This document shows positions 11,019 through 21,443 of a stretch of 64,000 nucleotides of DNA, in pieces (positions within the stretch are counted from its first letter, which is position 1; each line of letters starts with the position of its first letter). Source of the DNA: Sporopachydermia quercuum (Eukaryota); the NCBI GenBank assembly GCA_001599295.1, contig BCGN01000003.1, positions 1,116,001-1,180,000 on the forward strand, given 5' to 3'. The position numbers were made by a program, and so were the translations under genes. The notes beneath the pieces were generated by a model. The model did no database searches and was not told where the DNA came from. It saw only the letters and a list, made by a program, of their open reading frames with translations.

Positions 11019-13320
11019 CTAAATATCAAACTCCAACTCCTCCAGTAGTTCTTCTAGTAAATTCATATCTTTCAGAAACTCCATTTCATTTTCATTCATT
11101 TCCTGATTATATTGTTAATAAGAAAAGATCTTGTAATGATTAAAAGAGAATCACAATTAAAAAGCGTTTTACTATCATGTAACAACCAGCAAATCAGATT
11201 CATGTATTTCAATCACCATTGCATCGATTGCTACCTAACTCTCAACTAACATACCTCAGGCCCTATACCTTCCTGCAACAAACTGAACCTTTCATGGTCA
11301 ATTGAATACTTCTTTGTGAGAAAATATTTAATATCATCAATCAATTCAATACTATCAGTTTCTTGTCTCTCTTTAATCCTCTCAGAACTTTCAATCACGA
11401 TATCAGCAAATTCTCTTCTTAAAGTATCATCATCCACTAAATACCTTCTCAAATCCTGAGCAAAGAGTTCACCAGCATAAGTTTCTAATCGTAGAATATT
11501 AAGATCCCATCCAACGGTTAGTATATCAAAAGGTGAGCAATAAAGTATATGATCCTGATAACTTAAGCTAGTGATGGCTGATATGGAATACGTTTTCAGT
11601 TCGACAAAAAGAAGTAAATCAACAGCTTTTAACACGTCAATACACAATTCTGGTGGTATTGTCGTCTTATTTGTGTAGAAAAATGTAAGAATTATATCAA
11701 TGACCTTTGACGAGTAAGGGAATTTGACAATTGATATCGATGGGTTCTGCTTTAGTAATTGTAAGATATCGTTGTCATAATATTCGTTATCCAATCCAGC
11801 AAACGATGAGCTCAAGAATGTTTTGAAATACTCTGATCTATTGAGTATTACTCTATGTGTAGGATAATAAGTGACATTTGTAGAGCTTTGATCAATTGAA
11901 ATGCTGCTATTATCATCTTCACTATCGACAGCAAATAAAATAGTATCCGCAAAAGCTGTTGTGTCCAGCAAACTTGCTATGATACCAGCATCCAATGTTA
12001 ACCTTATAGAGCCACCAGTGCTGGAATTACTCGTTTTCACTTCTATACGTTCTTTCCTCGATAAAATTTCAGTGATAGTAAATCTGGTCAAATCTGTCTG
12101 TGCTGTATCTATCTGTATATCTTTTAGCACTCGTTTTTGATTGGCCCATTGCTTAGATCCAATCTCCAGATCATTTACTTTATTCGCCGCATCAACAAAA
12201 GAATTTGGCATTTTCATGTATTCCCATAATTCTTTCAGCTTTTGCTTATTGAAAAAAGCTAAATCTGTTATAGGCCTCAAATATATGAAATCAATTATGG
12301 GTCTAAATAGCCATTCTTTCGCTATGTTGTCAGCAGCGATGGTAGTCTGGTTTTTATACTCGTTGAGCAGCAGATTCTTAAATGTTGTGCTTCTTGCACT
12401 GAGTAGAAATTTATGAGCACTAATTTCAACCGTTGCTGGAGATTTTGCTTTAATCTTCTCCCATTTGAAGGTAATATCAAATGATGGATTGTTGATTGTG
12501 TATAGAGAAGAAAAGTAGCCAATGAAAGGTTGATCTGAATCAACAGCTTTTGATATGTCACTGGTAGTTTGAAGACGTTAGTAACAGCAACCAAGAGAGC
12601 AATAAGTTTCAACAGGTTAGACATACTATCCTTTGAGAAGTTCTCTTATTTCATCATTCAAAGCAGCATAAATACATCTAGACGGTTGGTTAGTTAGATA
12701 GAAAGATGAAGAGAGTTATAGTGGTGAAGAAGACAGTCATAAAAAGTTGATAATGGAATAACGATGAGCCTTTATAGAGCTCTGAATTAACTACTAGTAG
12801 GTATTCATTATATTCATTATATCGTAAGTACTACCTCAATACAAAATTCGTTATCATTAACATACCTTGCTCCCTCATATGTATTTTCATCACAAACTGC
12901 TCCATTCTGTAGGAGATATCGTATAATATTAATATGGCCACATAAACTAGCCAGAATTAATGGAGAATAATTCCAAGAGTCCAAATAGTTAATCTAATGA
13001 GTGAGCAGCTGTTAACATTATAATTACTAATAAGATTAGTCATATCGAAGCAATATACATACATTTACACCATAGGAAACGCAACGTTCAACTTCCTTTA
13101 GATTTCCTGTGCGACATGCTAAAAATAACTGCTTCATCAATTCGTCTTCTGTATGAGCTGATGCACCAAGAGTGGTTGCCTGATCATTATTTTGACTAAT
13201 ATGACGCTCTGTATGAGGGTCAATACCCAGATGACGATGGTGGTGATGATGAGGCTCGGTAGTTTGGTGATCATTTGATCCACCTATGTGAGACGAGTTT
13301 TCTGGCTCGTGAACAGTCAT
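11019..13320 (-). CDS. Ankyrin repeat + BTB/POZ protein (YIL001W/ABTB1-like), 5 exons, 608 aa
   Basis: Exons 13320-13063, 12993-12866, 12677-12627, 12560-11255 and 11102-11019 (GTATGT donors) splice in frame. Motifs LFLACRTGN, YSPLILASLCGH, GAVCDENTYEGAR/CIYAAL, SAHKFLLSARS and RQETDSIELIDDIK. It is divergent from INP51, as in YIL001W/YIL002C. Confidence 0.9.
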
Positions 13321-14259
13321 TATCGCTGTATAATATCACTCGGGCTTTGCTTTAATATACAGGTTCGATCCCTTCACTTGACTAGTTTTCTACAACAAAT
13401 AAAGCCTCTAATGCCAATTCATTTGATTGCAACAATGAGTCGGACCAGTCTGCCACCTACAGAATTATGGTTATCTACCTGCCGCTCTGCTATTCATCAG
13501 AATTCCCATTGACCGATAATATTCAAACGTACTACTGTATTTTATCTTATATCCCAGCTAATCTGTTTGTCTACTTAGTAGCATGATTGATAAGAATAGC
13601 TTCAGCTGTAAGAATAGTTTACCTTGTGAATTGAGTTCTCAATATTATGCAAGTAATCTGTATGATGATGCAATTAAAATATCACAATTATTTCAATTAT
13701 AACATAACATAATCATTTAATATATTCTGGTGTATTAATCCGACTCATAGTGATAAGATAGCTTCTACGTGGAGACGTGATGTTCCTCATCATCACAATG
13801 GGCAAAACACAATGCCCCATCCTTATCACTAAAGACAAAAAAGTTCATTCTATTGGAAATAGCTATTCTTCTTCAGCACAAGGTGAATTGATGATCGATA
13901 AGATGTTTATCTACCAAAAAATAAAAAAATTATTTTTTTATTTATTTTTTTTGACACATATCAACATTTAATTAATTCTTTCGTTTGGTAATTCCTGGTA
14001 ACCAGGTACGGCCATTAATGATAGTTAAGCGTTCAAGGTGCAACAAGATACAGTCCTCTCAGAAAGTGACCATCATTAGATACTTTTTGTTAGGCTTATT
14101 TCGCAATATATCAATTTATATCAAATACTGCTTTCTCAGAAAATCTTACAACTCAATTAATCAACCAGGAAATTTTTCCGGAACAACTTCTTCCATGATT
14201 TATCCTACTTCATTATAACTCTATAAAAAAAAGCTTTAAGCACAAACACCCCTGGTACC

Positions 14260-17200
14260 ATGCGGTTACTACTCAGCAAGTACCCTAGAGCTGCAGCTCT
14301 AGTATTGGGTGAGAAAAGTGTTGTGTTTATGGATATGAATGATGAAGCTCTTTTTGATAGTGCTATCAATAGACAGAGAAGAAAATCAAAAAATTCGGGG
14401 CCTAAATGTGTGATTGAAATAGTAGATTCAAGATCAATAGAACTATCTGCTTTCTATGAAGTAACTAATTTCAAAGTGTTCGCTTTTCTTGGTCTCATCC
14501 ATGTAGCTGAGCATACTTATATGGTATTTGTTACGAAAAGAAATGCAGTTGCTACTCCTAGTCCAAATGTTTTTGTTCATCAAATTATGCAGGTAGAATT
14601 TATATGTTTAACCAGAAAGGACACTGAAGAATTATTTCCTGTGATGAGTTCTGGTGAGCATGAAAGAGATAGGGGTTATGCAAATTATACTGATGATGAG
14701 CGTGAAAGTATGGATGCGCATCCATTGCTAAAACTAAGGAAGCTATTAGTTAGCGGTGAGTTTTATTATTCAACAGATATCGATCTAACTAGTGTTTTAC
14801 AGCAGCGAGGTATCAATTCTGATATAGCTGGGCCAGATACTATTGATGAAAGGTTTTTATGGAACGGGTTTTTAATGGCAGACTTGCTTGAGTTTAGAAC
14901 AAGAATGCGCAACGCTGATAGATTATATTTGGATAAGGCGGGCTTTTTCCCTTGTATGATACGTGGATTTTGTAAAACGGTAGTACTGAACACTGGTGTT
15001 AATGTACAACCTACTACTGATGACACCGTCAATGATACCTATAATATTGGCCCTACCGATCCTACGACTGGAGATTCAAATCGTAGATGCATGCTAACTA
15101 TAATATCTAAAGAAAGCTGTTTTCGTGGTGAAATTTCTGATTTTCGTCTCACATCTCTCTCAGGATTAGATGATGAAGGTACTGTTCCTTCATTTTTTGA
15201 AACGGAAATATTATTATATATTGATGCAAGGTATTACATAGCCTACACACAAATCAGAGGAGAAGTCCCTTTATTCTGGGAAGTAGATGATTCATCACCA
15301 CCGTTATTTAATTCTTCTCCGAAGATAAAAGTAACCCGATCAATAGAATCAACCCAGCCAGCTTTTGATCGTCATTTCGAACAAATTATTAATAAGTATG
15401 GAGCGGTTCACATACTCGACATTCTATCTCGAAGTAAGACTTCTGAAGCAGAACTTGCTGATTCATACAGAAAATTAGCTGAAAAATCGGTGGCTTTACA
15501 AGGGATGTATAGATTTACTGAGTCTCATTTTTCCAATGAGTCCTTCAAAAAAGATCCTGGTGAAGGAAAATTTATTATATATCAGTTGAGGGACTCAATT
15601 TCTGAGTTTGGAGCGTTCTGTTATGATTTGATGAACCAAAAAGAAGATATGACACAGCTAGGAGTAATAAGAACAAATTGTTTTGACTGTGTGAAAAGAA
15701 CTGATCGTGTTCAAGCATTAGTATCAAAAACTGCTCTACAATACTTGTTTGAAACAGTAGGTATCACTGTATCAGCAAATTTCTGGACTGTTCATCAGAT
15801 ATTATGGGAATCCAATAATATTGCATTAACAGAGATTGTCCATAGAAGCCTCAAGGTTCCAAAGGTTATTAAGTCAACAATCGTTGATGCCACCTCACAT
15901 CATAAGAGTCCTATTGAGTTAAAGAAGAGCAATAATAGTATTCCGGGTAAATTCTTAGTTCAGAAAATAGCGGGCATGACGAAAAGAATGTATAATGGAA
16001 CTCCAGTTGAGCCTCATAGATCAAATCGTCAAAAAAGTGTTAATATGCTACTAGGAAGATTACCTAATCAACAAGTGGTTGCCATTCATGATCCTATTAC
16101 TGATTATCTACGAGAGAGGCTTGCGAAGAGAACAAAAGATTTCACATTCTATCGCAAAATTTCGTTGTTCACAGGTACTTTTAATATCAATGGTAGTAAG
16201 GCAGTTCATGATTTGACAAGATTTTTATTTCCTGAGCACAGTAGTTTTGAGAGTACACAAAATAATAAGCAAGAAAATGAGGGTGGAGATAAAACACAAT
16301 CAGCATCAAGAGATTTCCCTGATTTAGTATTCATTGCTTTAGAAGAATTTGTTGAGCTGAAACCAGGTAAAATGCTGAATATTGATTTGCATAGGAAGTT
16401 GGAATGGGAAAACAGGATCAATCATTGTCTGAATAACAAAATAGCCAATGATCCAACTAACAGCCATCAGAAGTATACTAAACTGTTTTCTGGGTTTTTA
16501 GGAGGTTTAATGGTAGTATTCTTTTCAAAAAATGATCAAGCGAAGTATATCAGGAAGATAGAAGGATGTGCAGTGAAAACAGGCTTAGGAGGAATTGCTG
16601 CAAACAAAGGTGCAGTCGCTGTGAGTTTCAAATACATGGATACTAGTATATGTCTTATTGGCTCACATTTAGCAGCAGGTCTGAATAATGTAGAAGAAAG
16701 ACATAATAATTACAAAACTATTAGCCGAAACGTTAGATTTGCAAGAGATCGAAAAATAAACGATCATGATGCTATATTTTGGATGGGAGATTTCAATTAT
16801 AGAATACTGTTGCCAAATGATGAAGTGCGCAAAAGAATTNAAGTGAAAGATTATGCGCCAATGTTTGAATTTGATCAGTTGAATCAACANATGAGAGTCG
16901 GCGAATCTTTTCCTTACTATCATGAAATGGAGATCCATTTTCCTCCTACTTATAAGTTTGATAATGGTACAAATCGCTATGATACTTCTGATAAGAATCG
17001 AATTCCAGCGTGGACTGATCGGGTGTTGTACAAGGGGAAATGTATCACACCATTACATTATGATTATGTTCCCTCTTTAACTTTTTCTGATCACAGACCA
17101 GTCTACGCTTCATTTATGATTAAAGTCACTCAAGTGGATTTAGAGATAAAGAATAAGATAATTCGTCAAATATTTGATCAGCAGAAAGGTGAAATTGCTA

Positions 17201-17742
17201 ATGATGATATTCTATCAATGGTTGCCATAGGGAAAGAATTAGAAGGAGAAGATGAGCGTGAAGGAAACATGGATATGAGACGTGAGCTTCAGGATTCTGA
17301 GATAGATCAGATTGATTTACCACCACCAAGCACAGATAAAATAAAATGGTGGGTTCAATCAGGAAATCCATTGAAAGTGGTTTTGGCGTTTCCTCAACCT
17401 TCAATTCAAGATGGAAGCCATACTGTGATAATCAATCCAGAGAGGTCAGCAAATCCTTTTGTTCATACACTTATACCCGACTTTATAGAAATTGAAATAC
17501 CAGAAAATGAAGCAGGAAACAAGGAACTGGTGAAAGAGCTAGTTAGTACTAATGAGGAAGATGAGAAAGGAGTAGAGCAGGAACAAATTGATAGCCCTAA
17601 GAAAAACGAGAACGGAAGTAATGAAACAACCCCAAGAAATGTAACCATAGAGAATGAATCTTTGGTTCCCTCTTCACAAGAAAGTGTTGATTCATCAGTT
17701 GTAACAAGGGCGAAGAAGCATGCGCAGTCAGATGGGAAATAG
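14260..17742 (+). CDS. INP51: Synaptojanin-like inositol polyphosphate 5-phosphatase Inp51 (Sac1-like + 5-phosphatase domains)
   Basis: 5-phosphatase motifs WMGDFNYR, PPTYKFD and PAWTDRVL. The C-terminal LPPPSTDKIKWW...INPERSANPF resembles Inp51. Synteny with YIL001W supports the call. Confidence 0.88.
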   Translation: MRLLLSKYPRAAALVLGEKSVVFMDMNDEALFDSAINRQRRKSKNSGPKCVIEIVDSRSIELSAFYEVTNFKVFAFLGLIHVAEHTYMVFVTKRNAVATPSPNVFVHQIMQVEFICLTRKDTEELFPVMSSGEHERDRGYANYTDDERESMDAHPLLKLRKLLVSGEFYYSTDIDLTSVLQQRGINSDIAGPDTIDERFLWNGFLMADLLEFRTRMRNADRLYLDKAGFFPCMIRGFCKTVVLNTGVNVQPTTDDTVNDTYNIGPTDPTTGDSNRRCMLTIISKESCFRGEISDFRLTSLSGLDDEGTVPSFFETEILLYIDARYYIAYTQIRGEVPLFWEVDDSSPPLFNSSPKIKVTRSIESTQPAFDRHFEQIINKYGAVHILDILSRSKTSEAELADSYRKLAEKSVALQGMYRFTESHFSNESFKKDPGEGKFIIYQLRDSISEFGAFCYDLMNQKEDMTQLGVIRTNCFDCVKRTDRVQALVSKTALQYLFETVGITVSANFWTVHQILWESNNIALTEIVHRSLKVPKVIKSTIVDATSHHKSPIELKKSNNSIPGKFLVQKIAGMTKRMYNGTPVEPHRSNRQKSVNMLLGRLPNQQVVAIHDPITDYLRERLAKRTKDFTFYRKISLFTGTFNINGSKAVHDLTRFLFPEHSSFESTQNNKQENEGGDKTQSASRDFPDLVFIALEEFVELKPGKMLNIDLHRKLEWENRINHCLNNKIANDPTNSHQKYTKLFSGFLGGLMVVFFSKNDQAKYIRKIEGCAVKTGLGGIAANKGAVAVSFKYMDTSICLIGSHLAAGLNNVEERHNNYKTISRNVRFARDRKINDHDAIFWMGDFNYRILLPNDEVRKRIXVKDYAPMFEFDQLNQXMRVGESFPYYHEMEIHFPPTYKFDNGTNRYDTSDKNRIPAWTDRVLYKGKCITPLHYDYVPSLTFSDHRPVYASFMIKVTQVDLEIKNKIIRQIFDQQKGEIANDDILSMVAIGKELEGEDEREGNMDMRRELQDSEIDQIDLPPPSTDKIKWWVQSGNPLKVVLAFPQPSIQDGSHTVIINPERSANPFVHTLIPDFIEIEIPENEAGNKELVKELVSTNEEDEKGVEQEQIDSPKKNENGSNETTPRNVTIENESLVPSSQESVDSSVVTRAKKHAQSDGK

Positions 17743-18054
17743 AGATGTCTATTTACTTCACCACAAATAGACGAATAGAACCATAGACAGATAATTGATC
17801 TCCAGGTTTTATTAGTGCAATATCGTCAGTAGAGAACAATGACAGAGCAATTGCTAATTCTAGCCCTGTTCTATTAAATTCTTCATAAGAAATAGATAGG
17901 TGTGTCGAAAGATTCGCGTTAAGTTTCATAGTAGTACCTTTGNNGTATCAACAGATTTTGGCATTCCACATTCACATATCTGTACATTCTGGTGTGATCA
18001 TATGTAAATGTAGATTTTTAATTCTTAGTTGCAATGCATTATATATTTTTATAA

Positions 18055-18347
18055 CTATGAACTTTTATCATCTGCACTCTGCAACTTCTTACTTGCGTTC
18101 TCTTGTAGTTCTTCGCCCTCTTTTATGATTTCATCCATTTTGGCATTCAATGACTCTAATAGCTTCTCTAATCTCTAAAAGAAGAATAATATATTAATAT
18201 TGTTCCAAATGAACCATATTCAAGAAGAACGGCACCTCTTTTCCCGTGTTTACTTACATCTGCTTGTGCCTCTGCTTCATTCAATTGTTTGAGCGTTTGG
18301 GCAAACTCAGCAGCCTCAGATTTGGATATTGGTGTTTCGCTTGTCAT
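18055..18347 (-). CDS. 69-aa coiled-coil microprotein, YIL002W-A-like, 2 exons (absent from ORF track)
   Basis: Exons 18347-18258 and 18174-18055; GTAAGT donor and TTTTAG acceptor. Product: MTSETPISKSEAAEFAQTLKQLNEAEAQAD/RLEKLLESLNAKMDEIIKEGEELQENASKKLQSADDKSS. It is convergent with INP51, like YIL002W-A. Confidence 0.75.
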
Positions 18348-18855
18348 AATAATAACTTATCTTTGAATATACACTAATCGATGTGCCTTGAAGTTATTAC
18401 CTTTAGATATTTATAAATAAATAAATCTTCAAAATAGAATGGTTCATGTCTACACATTTACGGAAGAGAATATCTTCTGGATTTCATTTCATGATTTGAT
18501 ATACTGTGACATGTGACATAGAAAAGGCTATGATACCTAACCTAACACGAACGTACAACCTAACTGATTACGTTATCATTACTCAACCTTTCATAAATAA
18601 TTATGTCATCGGGAATTTTATATTCCATTTTGGTGCTGAGGTGTGATCTTTCCTTAACCTACACGTACAGGAATCAATAAATGCACGATTCTTACGAGTT
18701 TCAATTGAAAGAACCATGGAATGAAGATTAGATGCGAAATATTCAATTTCAATCTATCCTGATTATAAATAACGTGAGGTTCCTTCAGGATAACAAAGAA
18801 TCTATTTTACATAGATTGAAGGTGAGGAAAATAATCGTATAGTTCTGTTGTAAAT

Positions 18856-20463
18856 ATGAGAGGGTGGTCAATATTGAGCACGAGTTTAGTGCTGTGTATA
18901 CTGATGATCACTGTGATCGCCAAAGAAGCATCAACATTGATTATTTATGATAGGAATACCAATTTAGACTCATATTCCCAGTTTTTTGGTGATTTAGAAA
19001 GTAAGGATTCATTGATTGATGTTTCTCGAAGATAATACTGTTGAGTGGAGTAGCGGAAGTTTCAATCGAAGTGTGATTTGAACAGATTTTTGATTTCATA
19101 ACTCACAGTAGTATTACGGACATGCTATTTATATGTTTTCTTGTTGACTCCATTTGCTAACATATATATCATAGGCCACAACCAAAAACTGACGTATTCA
19201 AAAATAGGAGAAGATGTGGATTTATTCACATTGGGAGCTAGAAAGTACGATAATATTATTATCTTCCCATCCAAAGCCAGATGTATGTATTTATTGGTGC
19301 CATTAATACTTTCAATGAAGGGAGGATACCAGAATGTTACTGAGTCTTTAGAATGTGCATTATTCACGGATCTATAGAATATGAGATACTAACTCAATTT
19401 AGCTCTTGGGCAAGGATTGTCCAGCAAGGATTTGTTGAGTTTCGTTGAACTCCAAGGTAACCTGCTACTACTAAGTAGTGAATCAACCACCTCAGAAGAT
19501 GTACGGTCAATCGCTCAACAAATTGGATTACTGATAGCACCTAAAAACAACAAATTAGTCGATCATTTTGAACCAGTTAACTCTGAACATACTATCATTA
19601 CTAGAGAAACGTCAGGAAACATCGCCAAGACTGAAAACCCTATCCTTTATCAGGGAACTGGTGCCATTATGAGCAACAACAAGCAATTGTTTCCAGTTTT
19701 AACTGGCACTAGAAACTGCTATGTCTATGATAGTTCAGAACAATTAAATGATGTGCAGTCCCCATGGGTATCAGGCCAACAAGCTGGTTTGGTTGCATCT
19801 TTCCAAACATTAAAGAACGCTAGAATTTCATGGATTGGTGGTGATAAAGTACTTAGTAATGAATTCTACGATGCCAAATTGCCAGATGGAAGACCTTCTG
19901 GTAACAGAGCATTTGTTAACGAATTGGCCAGATGGACATTTCAAGAGAAGAATGTCTTAAGAGTTGACTATACATATGATTTTCTAGTAGATTCAGGCGA
20001 ACATCATCATGTTTATAAAATCGGCTCTAATATTATCTACAGAGCTGGCTTATCACAATGGGATGATGAAGCTAATATTTGGGTTCCTTTCCATAGTGAT
20101 GATATTCAATTACAATTCACTATGTTGGATCCTTACTATAGAATCAACCTTAGTCACGAGATTGATGAGAATGGAACAGCAGTATATTTCACAGAGTTTA
20201 AAATTCCTGATCAACATGGTGTTTTTACGTTTGATTTGACTTATCAAAGACCAGGATATACGTTCTTAAGCAAGAAGTCTCAAGTGACAATTCGACACTT
20301 AGCTAATGATGAATATCCACGGAGTTGGGAAATTACCAATTCATATATTTATGTCACTAGCTCAAGTGCTGTCATACTCAGTTTTGTTGTCTTTGTTACT
20401 TTATTCTCGTTTTCCTCAAGCAATGCTGTGAAAATGGCTAAGAAAGCCAAGAAAACTTTGTAG
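18856..20463 (+). CDS. WBP1: Oligosaccharyltransferase subunit Wbp1/OST48, 3 exons, 437 aa
   Basis: Exons 18856-19000, 19175-19282 and 19403-20463. Exon 1 encodes a signal peptide. Motifs DDIQLQFTMLDPYYR, FKIPDQHGVFTF and RHLANDEYPRSWEI; C-terminal TM followed by a KKTL dilysine signal. Confidence 0.95.
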
Positions 20464-20744
20464 ATTGTTACATCATATAGAAATCATACAGAATACGAAC
20501 ATATGTGTGTATATGAAAGGATAGGCTATAAATTATGAAAAATTAGATTATTGAAATCGGGATCATACCCATTAGTTTCAAGATGCTTTACTCATACTAA
20601 ACTGCTATCCAGCAATGACTTACTATGTCTTCTTTCTTTCTAAAATTATTCTTTACTGTAATTTATTATTAAAGCTGATGTCAATCTTCTTCACTGTCAT
20701 TATCTTAACTATTAATATATTCACAAGGATTGTTAAATATTAGA

Positions 20745-21443
20745 TTACATTCTCATAACTTTAATATTCTTTTCTTTCTGCCAAGTAGCAAACTCCTTTT
20801 CAAGCTTAGCATATTCTTCTACAAGTTGCTTCAGCAATTTTTGAATCTGATGATATGGATCCCATGTTAGTAATTAACTACTTATGATCAAACTTTGAAA
20901 ATACGTTTAAACCCCGTGGATACTTACTTGTTCTGAATTTGTTTCTAACACAGGCAGAACCTCTCCACTTGTTTTCTCAACTAGCACACCCCCAACCATT
21001 CGAAAACATTTTCTGTCCTTTGGCACGTCTTTCAATGTATCAATAACTAGTCTATTGCAAAAAAGAGTGGTTAATATCAATGTACAAAAGCTGTTTTTCC
21101 TGAATAAGACATACTAGTATGTACTATTACGCCTTGTTCGTTATAACTATTATCTAGTAAATCGACAGATATCAGGAGATCAAGGCAACCTGAGAGTTTA
21201 ACTTACATGTGCTCTTCAGCATCACCTTCCAGCTGTCCAATCTTCTCTCGTAATTGAGCTAGAGTGATTTTGTATTCATCATATTTCTTTTGAAGGTCTG
21301 CGAATAGTGACTAGTTAGAATTATATAGTACCAGTGTAGAAAAAAGCAATTCGTCTAAGAAGGTTGCAAGTTCATGGAAGCTGACACATACCGGTATTCA
21401 GTCGCTGAACCTTCTTTTGACTTTCAGTGGCCTCCTCTGACAT
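20745..21443 (-). CDS. GIM4: Prefoldin subunit 2 (Gim4), 4 exons, 122 aa (absent from ORF track)
   Basis: Exons 21443-21392, 21297-21207, 21051-20928 and 20846-20745 splice in frame: ...KIGQLEGDAEEHI/LVIDTLKDVPKDRKCFRMVGGVLVEKT...WQKEKNIKVMRM. It is convergent with WBP1, as in YEL003W/YEL002C. Confidence 0.95.

Noticed and set aside
2251..16683. Alternative CUG decoding (Ser or Ala)
   Set aside because: CTG occurs at positions I recall as conserved Leu (SES1 IGLKFK at 2251; INP51 VELK and AAGL at 16681), which supports the standard code. The sample is small.
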